A stretch of DNA of 62,745 nt, counting the filler, from Bipalium vagum (Eukaryota), in NCBI GenBank assembly GCA_037834085.1. It is 3 parts of 3 records of this genome, joined end to end, with 100 filler letters (N's around TTAATTAATTAA, not from the genome) between each part and the next. Parts side by side here need not be neighbours in the genome. Positions count along the whole stretch, not along the records: positions 1 to 29,686 come from JBBMKC010018201.1; 2 more parts are not named here. The stretch is one strand, 5' to 3'. The first letter of the stretch is position 1; every line of letters starts with the position of its first letter. The position numbers and the translations under genes are program-made. Below are positions 1 through 13,000 of this stretch, piece by piece. The notes under the pieces were generated by a model. It made no database searches and was not told the DNA's origin. It saw only the letters and a program-made list of their open reading frames with translations.

Positions 1-1400
1 ATAGAAAGTGGGCAACCTTGTCGAACTCCTATATTGATATTGATGGGATTTGTAATAATATTACCGCAGGCAAAGTAGATTTTCGGACAAATAAAAATGA
101 ATGTCGATATCAGTAAAAAAAGAATGATACGAAAAAGGAAATTCTTTGTTTGATTGAGTGATATCAGTGCTATCTACACCTGTCAAATCTATTAGATTTG
201 AATCAGAGTAGACAGGGATAGGCACTATTTGTCAATTTGAGGTACTGGGAACTTGTGGCTCAACCAGTTTCAATCTTGTTCTTGTGGAAATTGGTGAAAA
301 ATCAATTTTTTTTCTATAAGTTTTTCAGAGACTTCATTTGAGATTTTGTCATTTTGATTATTTTTTTTAATTCGCTCTGGCTCCCCCCTAATTTCCTAAA
401 AGTCATTATTTAGTCGTGTGATGCATTGCTTACATATTCTAAAGCAAGCTAAGTTGTTTTCTAATAGAATTAAATCTTCCTATTTTGCACAGACTTGACA
501 GTGATCTTTATTATTAATTTTATACTGATGTTCATTAGCGATCACTGAAGAATTTTTTTTCCTGGATTTTTGTTGACTAATGATGGGATGTTTAAAGATA
601 TTTTTTCCATCAGTGTAACAGTATCGTTTTCCAAATCATTTTTGAATTTTAGATGAGTCATCTTTTCAGTTGTGAGCTCGCTAATGTTATTATTTAGGGA
701 TGAAATTTTTTCCCTGATTATATAATGTAGAAATTTGTACATTAAAATGATATTTCTATCATTGTGTTCTGTAGATATCTGTAGTTTTATTAACTTCGTT
801 AATCGAATTTGTTCTGCTATGTTATTGCAGTGAATATGAATGCTGCTTAAAAAATTGTTTAGAGATTTTGAAAAATTTTGTGATAAATTGTCTGAGGCTG
901 TTTGGATTTCCAATGTTATTTCTTCCTGTTTTATCCTGATTTAACCATATATTTACGCCATTATCTTTGTAGAATATATTTTTAAGATCGACAATGTTTA
1001 GGATTTCAGCAACATTTAATTTCAACTTTAATATCTGATTAATTTTATAACATTTGTTAGCGCTTTCGCTAGATTTATTTAGCCCCCCAAGCTCTGAAAA
1101 TGCAGTAAAAAATATCTTTCTTTCTCGTTTATATAGTTTACGAGTCAAAACTGTGGAGCTTAAGTGATGATTGTTAATTTCATGACTTTTATCAACTGTT
1201 TTATTATTAAAGTAGTTAATTTTTCTCTTCTCTGATTTTTTATTAAACGAAGAATTACTATTATTTAGTTGTGCATTTTTACATTTTTTTGCCTATTTTG
1301 GGATGAAGAAATCTCGTTGTAAAGTCTCTGAGAAAAATTTTTTTCATTATTTGGTTTGGAATTAATCGAATTATGGGATTCGGAAGAGTTATTAGAGAAT
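1..1400 (-). mobile_element. Decayed non-LTR retrotransposon (N-terminal ORF fragments followed by a deleted RT region), truncated by the window start
   Basis: Minus-strand translation of 3-59 gives IITNPININIGVRQGCPLS, the RT 'GVRQGxPLS' motif. Frameshifted minus-strand ORFs 542-913 and 822-1148 lie upstream in the same orientation. The 5' boundary is approximate. Confidence 0.7.
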
Positions 1401-2299
1401 AGTAGACAGAAGAATATATGTATATGCAGATTAATAGATGAAAATATAGTCGATATGTAAGTTTAATGACAATCAATAAAACAGAATGAAAAGACGATAA
1501 AAAGTGATAATAGAAAATGGATCATAAGATTCGAAACGCCAAAGGACGTTCATGTAGACAGTCGCAAGATGTTTGAATCTAAAAACTTCAGTAACCTGCA
1601 AGTCGCTTATCTTTGTTATTACTGGGTACTTCAATATTTGAATTTCTTAGCTGTAATTTCAAAACTATTACGAATTACCAAAATTGATTTCAGAAGATTG
1701 TTCGAGACACTCTTACTAAAAATGATTCAATCATCAGTGGAGATGAAATCATCGTGGAAATTGAAAAACTAAATTTAGTAAAGGAAATATAACCGTGACA
1801 TCAAGTAGATAGAGTCTGGTTCTTAGGTGTCGAGCACACAAAATTTAAAATACGAGAGTTATTTGAGAAAATAAACGGAAAGATAACGTCGTCTACTCTC
1901 ACTATGGTTGCCACTGCCATAGAATAAGTGAACAAGCCGATAATAATAAAATACTGTTTTAAGAAATGATCGAAATGAAATAATTAATAAAAGATTTGCT
2001 AAATAAAGGTTTTAAAAATAAAGAGAATTTTTAAAAATTGGAAATTTTAAAAAATCTAAATACTTCATATAAGGAATTATAAAGATTTTACGTAATCTTT
2101 ATAATTCAGTAAAATCAATAATTACACTTGTTTTAATTATTGATTTTTATGAAACAGCAGATTTTTGAAATAAATAAATTTTAGTAATTGTTAGTTTATT
2201 ATTTCATAATAATAAATAAATATTTAAAACTCATAAAAATTGCTTAAGTAATAAAACTAATAAAACCAGCCTAACCGGTCGTTGATCCATTGCTCCAAT

Positions 2300-4590
2300 A
2301 ATCAAGAAAGCTGGAAAAAAATTCGACTGCCCACCGAAGCTGATATCTTACAAACTCTGAAAAGCAGAAACAAAAAATCATCCCCTGGCCTTTTATTGGA
2401 TCATATATAACGACATCCTGATTGCTTACCCAGACATCCGCAATCTACGAACATCTCTTGCAGTCAATAAAGCTTGAACGAAAGATGTGGAGAGAATATT
2501 TAACAAAATTAATTCCAAAGCCGAAAAAAGACGACTATTCAAAAGTCAATGCTTGGCGTCCGATTGCCCTTCTAAATACTAGCTACAAGCTCTATACGTC
2601 AATTCTTTGCAAACAGTTAGATGACTGGGTTTGAGAAGAGAAGCTGATGCACAAAAATCAAAAATCATTAGGGCACTTTGAAGACTATTCCGAACACAAC
2701 TTCACACTAACTCTGAAAATCGAGGAAGCTAAATTAAAGAAGGAGGATCTTTTTATTTGCTTCATTGATATTGCAGATGCATTCCGAAGTGTGCCGATCA
2801 GAGTTATATTTGACATATTAGAAAGACACAGAGTTAGTGAGAATGCACAACAAATAATCGAAGACTTATATCAAAATTGCCAAACCAAAGTTTTCTTCGA
2901 GATCATTTCTACAGACCCTATAGAAGTTAAGAGAGGGGTAAGGTAGGGCTATCCATTATCTATATTATTGTTTAATATAACGATAAATGCGGTTTTTGAC
3001 AGAAAACTATAGAAAATTCCCTCAGTTGGAATTTGCAGTACTTGCTTACGCTGATAACTTAGCTGTCGTTGCCAACAAGATTTGAGATTTGCAAAACATT
3101 GTGAACGATGTGATTATTGTTATCCAGTGGTCAGGGATGACAGTAAACACTTCTAAATGCGCGTTATTAAATATCTCTAAGAAGAAAATCGAACAGATAA
3201 CCATCAACGGCAGCCCTATACAGAATACTATGGATGGTGAATGGTACAGATACCTGGGTATAGATAGAAGGTTTAAAACTGAATCAGTGACGAATTTGAT
3301 GCGCAAAATACGCAAGAGTGGGATAGATCCCATGGCAGCCCGTAAAAGCCTATAAGACTTTCCTTCATCCGACACTGATCTTTGCGTTTCGCAACTATAA
3401 AAAAGTGACATCATATTTAAATTGCTCTGAAACTACGACCAAGAGTGAAGGTACACATTATGGGCTAAATTTTATTCTTAGGATACATCTACGAAAATTT
3501 TTTTTTCACTCATCGTCATCTCCAATCGGATATTTATACTGTCCAGTAGAATATGGTGGACTGGGTTGTATATAAACATTTGATATAACCCAGTCGATCA
3601 TAAAAGCTCATCGGATGCTAAACACCTCAAATAAGCAAATGTTGAATCTAGCCTTGAATTCATAAAAAATCTCAGTCAAACGCGACGACGGCAGAAATGG
3701 GCATTGACTGGGTAAAAAAGCACGCACCCTACAGTCAACAGTGGAATGATTACAATTATCAAAGGAAGAAATAAAATAACAATCTTTGACAAATTCGCAA
3801 CTCACCTGCTATGTCCGTTCTTACATGAGGAAATCGGAGAAAATATGTTTGAGAATTGGACTTACTTGTGCAGCGTAGGAATACTGGCAAAAATAATTGT
3901 CCTAAATGGTCGCCTAAGCAAAAAACTGATGAACGAGCACCTGTGCATTACAGATTTATTGATACTTTTTTCAGAAGTATTGGACTAATGATTTACCAAC
4001 AAATAAAAAATTGAAAAAAGTCGGCAATTGTAGAAATTGATATGGGAAAGAAGAAACTACCTCACACGCTTTATGCAACTGCATCTACACAATGACTATG
4101 GTACGCGATATATTAGTTGATGTGTTGTCCACACTTAAAAGGAATGGGAAATGCACGTTGAAAGAAAGTAATTTTTCAGGAAAAAATTTAATTCCTGATA
4201 TACAATTAGTGAATAAAAGGCTTAAAAGATACCTAATTATAGACGTCAAAGTCCCCTTTGAATCAAAGATTTCTATCAAGGGCAATGAAAAAGCAAACAA
4301 GCAAAGATATCAGACTTTGTTGGACGAAGCTCAGTTTGAACTCGGAAGAAAATGGTACTATGATATCAGGACATTTATAATTGGAGCCGGAGGTTCGTGG
4401 ATCCCATCAAACTACTAAACACTCGGAGCATTTAGATTTAAAATTCAGATTTTAATACAATTATGGAAAAATATGCAGCCAGGACAATCATTAATACCCA
4501 TAATATCTGGAAAATATTCATAGCCAGAGCAGAGGCAAACATTTAAAAACTTCTCCATGTCAATGAAAACCATATCTTTGATTTGAAATA
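2300..4590 (+). mobile_element. Decayed restriction-like-endonuclease (RLE) non-LTR retrotransposon, R2/NeSL/Utopia/R4-type
   Basis: RT motifs in order: PKPKKDDYSKVNAWRPIALLNTSYKLY, FIDIADAF, GVR*GYPLS, AYADNL (YADD-like), YRYLG. Then a decayed CCHC knuckle (CRN*..EETTSHALCNC, about 4028-4082) and the RLE motif PDIQL..IIDVKVPFE..K.RY..IIGAGGSW (4092-4418). Many stops and frameshifts. Confidence 0.9.
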
Positions 4591-6668
4591 AATCACTGTT
4601 TTTGTTTTGTTTTTTTAAAGGTTTTCTCGTTGAAATAAACGCAAAGTCAATACTTTCACAAAAATAATTGCAAAGTATATCAATCCGGATCAATAATCCA
4701 TACCGATATGTGGAGTGGATATAATCATTTAATTTGCAAAGGATTTATTGAAATAGTTAATCATTCGAAAAAATTCCAAACTTAATTAACAAATGTCCAT
4801 ACAGATTCTACTACAGAAACATAGAATGGCATAAAACTGAAAATTAAGTCATTGAATCAAAACGATTGAAATATCAAAGATAATTTGGAAAAAGCATCCG
4901 GAGAAAAATTAACTAAAAAACACAAGAGAAATCTTTTCTATGGACATTAATGTAATAAAAATAAATTATTGTTTTAGTTCTTGTTATAGTTTGAAAAATT
5001 ATTATATAAATTTAATTGTTTAAAATTATACTTAATTTCTTTTTTGTCTTTTATTTTTATTATTATGTGAAGACTACAAATGAATTAAACAAATTTTTTG
5101 ATTTGTACAAAAGAACTAAACAATTCTTATTGTTATACAATAAAAAAATTTTATCTGATTATTTAACAATAATATAATTTTTATTTTATGTTTAGTTTTT
5201 ATGCATGTTCATGTAAAATAAAACATCTGAGAAATTATCCTAACCATTATAAATATTCTTAAAATTATTATTATCAATTAAATTATCTCAAAAAATAATT
5301 AAAATATATAATTTCAATATGGAAAAGCTGACTTACTATAAATAGAACTCAAGAAAAAATTTTAAAAAGAAATGAAAATTAATTAAAATCCTAAGAAAGA
5401 AAGAGAATAAGTCTAAAAATAGATTAACAATATTTATAAGGGTATTTAAGATTAATGTAAGACTTACCAAAATGCAAAAAAATATTAAGGTCATTAAGTG
5501 CAGGAATTCTAAGTAAGCAAACAGAATCAGAAAAGAACAGGCACACGTTAGGCGCTGCGATTGTAAACATTCCAACGTCATCTTGCGATAGATAAAAAAT
5601 TGTATAAATATAGCCATCAAAATTCTAAATACTTACTACATAGAATTCGTATAGTGTGTCATAGGTAAATTTTAATATTTTTATTGTTTTTATCGATCTT
5701 ATAGACGCTTGGCAATTTGAAATAGAATTGCACAAGTGATATATTTTTAAAACCACCCTTCCAATAATTACTATTAATTAGAAATTAGGATTATCTGTCT
5801 TTTTTTCCTTTCCTGCTTATAATTTTCATCTCGGTTAGGGCTGGTAAATTGTGTTAGGGTCTTTCCACAGCTTAAACGGTAACTAAGAAAGGATATTCAG
5901 AGATTCTTATTAAACTAACCTGTAATTATTAATTATCAGGCTTTGCCAATAAACTCATTTGTCATAAATCGATTTTGTTCATACTTTGAATTTTTATTAT
6001 GTGGTTCATAATAATTTTATACATATTTGTTCCGAAATACACACTATAAATCCCTCTGGCCTGCAAATATTCTGTTAAGTTACTTAAAGACCTCATAAAA
6101 TCACTCAACTTTTTAGGAACTTAACAATTATTACATACAAAATCTCAAAAGAACTTTTGTTAGAATATTTAATTCAGGTATGAAACATCAATAATATTAA
6201 AAATTATCTTTGTTAATTTATGTTTTTTCTAAGTTTAATAAAAGTCCGTATGAAATATTAAAAATATCTGAACTTATCTAAAAATATTTCTATTCTTACC
6301 ATTCAACAACTGGTGAATGAATAAGACCTAAAATTATGAATTGTTATAAATTGCCAATAGTTCAAACATTCAAGAGATTTTTCCAAAAGAGATGTGTAAC
6401 ATTTCACTTAATTAAAAATTAAAAATATTTTATTTTTAGTGTGCTTTTATTCAAATTTCAATCCCAAAGAATCTCATTTCAACCTTAAATATTGTTTAAA
6501 TATAATAAGATACACAGGAATAAAAATGAGTAATAAAGACATTAAATTGATGAAAATAACCAGATGTTAAATTTTCAATTTTAACCATGTAAATATTGTA
6601 TGCTGTAAGAATCATATTACTAATTTGATATCTTAAGTAGTTTTTTAGGAAAGCAGAAAAAATAGTTA

Positions 6669-6775
6669 TTATAAAACAATTTGGTTACACAATTTTTAAA
6701 AGTTCTTTTAAAAGAAAGGAAGAAGAGATATTGAATTTTCGAACTTATAAAACAATTTGCTTACACAATTTAAAA
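6669..6775 (+). repeat. 49-bp copy of AGTPBP1 exon sequence between ~27-30-bp direct repeats
   Basis: 6698-6746 matches 7078-7126 with one mismatch. It is flanked by ttataaaacaatttg(g/c)ttacacaattt at 6669 and 6745. Confidence 0.9.
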
Positions 6776-7031
6776 ACTTATTTTACAAAGTAATGATAAA
6801 AATATCAAGATTAGTAAAAAATGATTAAATTAAAAAACTTGTCTGACTGAATTTGTTTAAATATACCAGATTCTAAATGGTTACTAAATTAAACAGTTAC
6901 CGTATTTTAAAAATACTATTGTAAAATTTAAATAATAATTTTTTATGACTTATAAAAATGGACAAAAGGTTTTTTACGATTATTTCTTATATTATATATT
7001 TAAATTCATCCCGTTAATTTTTATGAAGTAG

Positions 7032-10000
7032 TCGATTGCTACCTCAACTTGATTTATTGGAAAAATTTTCTGCTGGTAAAAGTTCTTTTAAAAGCAAGGA
7101 AGAAGAGATATTGAATTTTCGAACTTTAACTGGGAAAATTCTTACTCAATTAGAGGGTCCTGGTAATTTATGTTGTTTTCAGCATCAGTACTATTTGATT
7201 TTATACAGAAAGGTTATATCGTGATGTCATTATGAAACATACTGGTCAAATAGATGCTTTGGTTAATACATTACAGGTTGACTATTTTAGTCAATTAAAT
7301 TAAATTAATTTATTTTACATATTACTCGAAATGAATTGTTTTTTTATTATAATTTTTTCAATATAATTAGATATATATTTAAAGGTTATGTATAATAGAT
7401 TTCTGTGTTTCGTATTTTACATTTCTAAATTCCTTTCTCTGTCTTCATTGATACACATGTTTATATAGAATAAATCTACAGAATATTATTATGTTCATCT
7501 TATGCCTTTGTTAAACAAATGGTTAACATTAAAATTGAATAAAATTTCATTAATGATTAATAATAATAATAATTTTTAATTAGTCGGGAGATGTAGCTTA
7601 GCAGTCAATGTGCATGTGAAAGGTCCTGGGTTCGAATTCCGGTATCTCCTATTAATTTTCAACTAACCATGTTTATATGAGTATAAGTACGGTGGGAAAA
7701 TATTAGAGATTACTTTCGATATACAAATGGATTATTATCAGTTTTTAGTTAATAAACTTTATTATAACATGAGATATTTGGGTTTAAAGTTGAAATAAAA
7801 CGTAGCGATTAAAATAATTTTATATACGGAGGTCAGTCGAAAAGTTTCGGGAATGAAACACAAGCAGCATATATTTCTTATAATAATTAACATTATTGTT
7901 TTTCGAAGTATTTACCGTCATATTGTCAAACATTTATACCAATCCGAAGTCAGTATATCCAAAACATGTGATTTGAATGCCTCTACAGCCTGTTCGGGAC
8001 ATGAAAACCACTGCCTATTCAATTTTCTTATGGAACCAAATGTGAAGAAGTAATTTGTTGCCTGATCAGGACTATGAGATGGATGGCTTAATAATTTAAC
8101 ATAAAATCACTCAAAAAAATGATTGTTTTACGGGCATGGGAACTCCATTATTATGAAGCAAAATGGCGGGTTTCGAATTGTTTTTTCGACATTCTTTGAG
8201 GACTTCAGGCAACCAAACTGTGGTATACCAAATCAAAGAAACTGTGCGACGACCATCTTAAGGAATTATAGCGACATGACCTGATTTGGCTCCGAAACAG
8301 GCAACCATTTGCTTGAAGGTGTTCCGGGATCGAACAACTTTGAATGCTGCTTTGTTTCAGGTTCATATGAATATATCATTTACTCATCGTCGATGTCTTA
8401 AAAATGTTTTGAGTTCCCCTGCTTAAGTTTATCGACCATAGCTTTGTATCAATTAACGCGATCTCATTTTTGATCAACTATGAGGATATGCGTTATTTAA
8501 CGAGAACATAGCTTTCTGACAATCGTGTTCATGTAAAGTAAAATGAATTTCTTTAACTTCATATAAAGGTTCTTTATTATCGGAGGTTTTTTGAAGCTTT
8601 AAAGCATGATTAAGTGGTTAGAAATTACTTCTTTATCCATGATATTCCATGTTTTCGTTGTCAGATAAATTGGTTTAATTATAGAAATTTTTGTTAGTAA
8701 AATATTTGTTTTACATTTATTAACTAACGTTCTTAACAGTCTCTTTTTTTAACATTGTATTATTCCATGATCAAGGGGTTTAAATAAAGATGTTGGATTA
8801 CAAGGTAGATATTCTACGTTAACATTTTCTAACACTAAGGATGGATCAAAACTGTGACATGGTGCACTATCGTACTATTGTTCTATCAGTAGAATTATTT
8901 TTTCTTTATACCATTTGTCTATGCACTATTTTTTTATATATTTTTTTATACATTTTAGCCAGTTTTCACCCGTCGTATTTAAACTTGTTACAATTTCTTT
9001 TATTATATCAGCATTAATGTGAAGTTTATTATATTTCATTATTCATGTCTTTTCCAACTCTGGGTTTTGAAACTTTCGATTGACCATTTCTATACTTTGA
9101 AGCTGCCAATCATTTTTTCTTTTCCTATTAGAAATGGTCGTATCGCGTATACCATATTCTTTAACAATATATTTCAATATCTTCTTTCTCTATTCCGGTA
9201 GTTTGAGAACTTTGGGTTTTTCTTTAAAAGTTAGACTAAATTTTCGTTTTCTTAATACTTCAGTTTTCTTATTTGGTATATTATACTTTAAAAATATACT
9301 TATTATTATAAATATATTTTATCAAATTCAAATTATAATACTTAAACAAATATTACATCTATTTATTTGAAATTAACATAAATTTAATTAGATGACGTCA
9401 TGAAATTATTCAACCAGAGAAGGAAATGTTTTATTTTTTAAAACTTATTATTTAAATCTGTTAGATTATATAATATTATTCATTAACATTTTACAATAAA
9501 TTATTATCGATTATGATTTTGTTTGTCATCTGACTTCAAAATTAATTTTAATGGAATTGACGCTGATTAAAACCTGTTAGTAACTATTAAGATTTTTAAT
9601 GTAATCCACTCAATAGAAAATATATTTTGACTGTGAATTATTAAATATAAGTGAAGAAAAACACGAAACAGAATCAGCTTGAGTTTTCATTTGATTTATA
9701 TTTGTCATCTCTCTTTTAGACAATCAATGATTCTCAGACATCTTACAATATTATCAAAATCTTTTACGAGCTGGTTGGAAGATCAAGTTTGTTTTTTTAA
9801 ATCATAATGTAGATTTATTTTCTTTTATAACAATTACTTACTGTTATCTTTCGGGTAAAATATTTTAAATAAATATTGTCAGCAAATAGAATTCTCTATT
9901 AAAATTTATACAGATGCAATATGGTGAAATAAATAATATTCTTTAGTAGAACATATGCATTTTTTGACTACTTATGTAATTTCGCATAGACTTAAATAAT

Positions 10001-13000
10001 GTAAGAACATGGTTGCATTATATAACCAGACAACGGTCATGTTAATCTGTGGGATCCCAGTAACCGAAAAGCAGTTGTTTTTTTTCATAAAGTAACCCCG
10101 TGATAAATAAGAAACGCATCAGAATACCGATCCAGATGCTCATTAACTAAGGATGCGAACCTCAATGGAAGAATGTTGCTGTAATAAATAAATTTTTATT
10201 TTGATATATTCCAAAAAATTAAAGAATTTTTAAAAATCACTTAGTCACTTTTTAATAACTCAAGAGCGATATGATCTGAAATAATTTCCTATAATTTATT
10301 AATATAAAGAACTTCAGGGTCAACACTAAAGGTAATCTAAAAGAGTTTCAGTTGAAAGACTTTTTAATAGCAATGAATACAATTTTTTAAATTTCAAATC
10401 ATTAATTATTGATTGTGCATATCGGTTTTTTGAACCCTGAGTATTAGTAAAGCATTGGTTCCAGCGATTTCAAACTTGATGTAGTACAATTTTATTTAGG
10501 ATAGTCTGTAAGTTAGTGTCAATGAGTTATGTTCCTACTACCAAATTTCTTTTTGCTTTAAATTGTTTTAAAATTATTTTTAATATTCAGATTCTGGAAA
10601 ACGAGCTCAGATTTTAGTACACCATGGGGTTACTAAAGCAATTTTGCAATGTATTTACGTTGAGTCTAAAGAACAAACTCCATGTGAAGATTTTTTATTT
10701 TTATTACATCAAGTACTCTATAAAATTGGACTCAAAGACAGAAGAATCGGAATCAGAGCTCGAATAAGTCAATGCCTTCCTGTTATTGTTAATTTATTGA
10801 GGTCGCAAATAAATCTGGTTCCACATAGTCGGGGTGCTATTGGTAACATTCCGATCTCAATTTGTTTATCAAAAAACATTCTCAATCTTCTTCATGTAAA
10901 TTTATTTTCTTATATAACAATTTTATCGTAACGGTCAAGGTTCTGAAATTATATAGTCTAAATCTTATCAACACATCTCGACTGGGACGGATGGGAATTA
11001 TCAATTCACTTTTGAAGTGTATAAATTACAGTGCCAAGAATAACGCAAACATATTCAAATTAAGTGTTGAAACCTTAAATCTTACTGTTCGAACAAGTTC
11101 GTTTTATTCCAATCATAATTATTATTAATTTAAATGTAAAAACATTAGATAATAATAATAACGAATATTAATTTTAAGATTGTTAATTTTATTATTATTA
11201 AATTTATTATTGTTAATATTGTTATAAAATTGTTAATTAATCAAAAATATTACAGTTAGATAAGTTACAAAGTATTCTCGTTATTTTAACAAAATATTAA
11301 ATTTAAATATATTATAAGTCAATAATATATTAAAACTGAAATCTTTTACCCGACAAGAGGTACAGTAAAGATATAGACATGTTTAAATTTCTTGAAGTAA
11401 TTCATGGAATATATGGAAAGTCAGTCATTAGTTCTTATTCTAAATCTTTTATTTACTTCTATGTGATTTCATGTAGGTGTGATCTGGCATTGTCCTGTTG
11501 AAAATCACACGTTCTCTACGATTTTTAATAAGGTTCTCATGTAATTTATTCACAGAATTTGTTCAAATCAACTATTTTTTTCAATAATGGAAAACACACC
11601 TTTCTTATAACGAAGACCCGAGTTTTCTGTTAGCGAAGAAAACTGAACATTATCCTTTTCTATTGATATTGTGGAATAAAATTCAATTTACGTCGCCAGT
11701 GATAATACACGTTAAAGAAAATTTACTGTTCTTCAGAATAAGTGATTGACAAACAGAACTATAACTGGTTTATTTTTGTGGTCAGTTCATGTGGTATTTA
11801 AACACTTACATGGTGTGGATAAAAAGTTCTTAGACAGAATTATGAATTATATTAAGATAAAACTTTTATTTACAGCAAATAAATTGTATGGTTAAAAACA
11901 GAATCATTTTCTAAATAATCAATTTGTCCATTAATTTATTAATGAAGAAACCTTTTTCAAAGAAAGATGCATCATTTTCATTGAAAAAAAATTGCACTAG
12001 TCTTATAAGATTCTTATTGGACTCTATTTTCTATCATCGTCAATGTTTTTGTAAATGATTAATAAAATAAAAAAGGAGCCAAATCAGGATTAAACGGTGA
12101 GTGTGAAATCAACACAATACTTTTTAAGCGATGACATTCATATTTCGATGATCTGGTTCTTTGAATTCCGCCGTAATTTTCTCACATCATTAACAAGTGT
12201 GCATCATTAGTTCGAGTTGATGATATACTTAGGTATTCGTAAAAGATCCAATTTCTGACATTTTTGCTCGGAACCGAAGAATCCACTAAAACTAAAAAAA
12301 TTGAAATGAAAAATAATTTTATTTTTCAAAAATTGAGACATTTAGATAAAAATATTATCAAAATTTGAAATACTTTTCATTTAAATTTACCAATTGAAAA
12401 AAAATATTACTTTTTGACTTACCTATTATTATTATGTTTATTGTTAATAATTTTATTTAAATTTTATTAAAATGTATTGCAAAATTTATTCAAAGACAAG
12501 TCTCATTACATATTAGTAAAACTTTAAATTAAAATAAAAAATTAACTACATTCTATTAAAATTCGGTTATTCATTAATTACAGGGTGCGCCAAAAGTCCC
12601 TTCCTACCCATTTAATTAAAATAGAAGTCAAAACGTAATACATACGTAAATATTTTATTAATACAATATATTTCAATAGAGGCATAATCTTTTGGTTTAC
12701 TTTTTAAAGATTATGTCTTAAATGATGGCCGCCAGAGCGTTTACAAATTTCAGCTCTTTTTAAAACATTTTTCATTTTTGATACCAAGATTGTTTGAGTT
12801 ATAGCCGTTATTTCTTCTTTAATATTGTTTTTTAACATTGCTAATGTATGTGGCTTATTGATATATAAATTCTGTTTTAAATAGCCCCAAAGGAAAAAAT
12901 CAGGAGCCGTCAAATCTGTTGATCTGGGAGGCCAAGGAAAATCCGAATTTCTTGAAATTATAAAATTTCCGAAATTCTAATTGAGTCTTATAAATGCTTC

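Noticed and set aside
5336-5620. Short hydrophobic ORFs (this one, 9019-9370, 19377-19712, 51195-51395, 60933-61157 and similar)
   Set aside because: F/I/L/K/N-rich by-products of AT-rich DNA or antisense to transposon relics, with no motifs.
7586-7650. Functional tRNA-Ala gene
   Set aside because: The D and anticodon arms are deleted and the tail is shared with a second copy, so it is a SINE or pseudogene.
10862-10939. Apparent frameshift or recoding between overlapping CCP1 ORFs
   Set aside because: Fully explained by a 44-bp GT-AG intron (10896-10939) that restores NLLH|VLKLYS.
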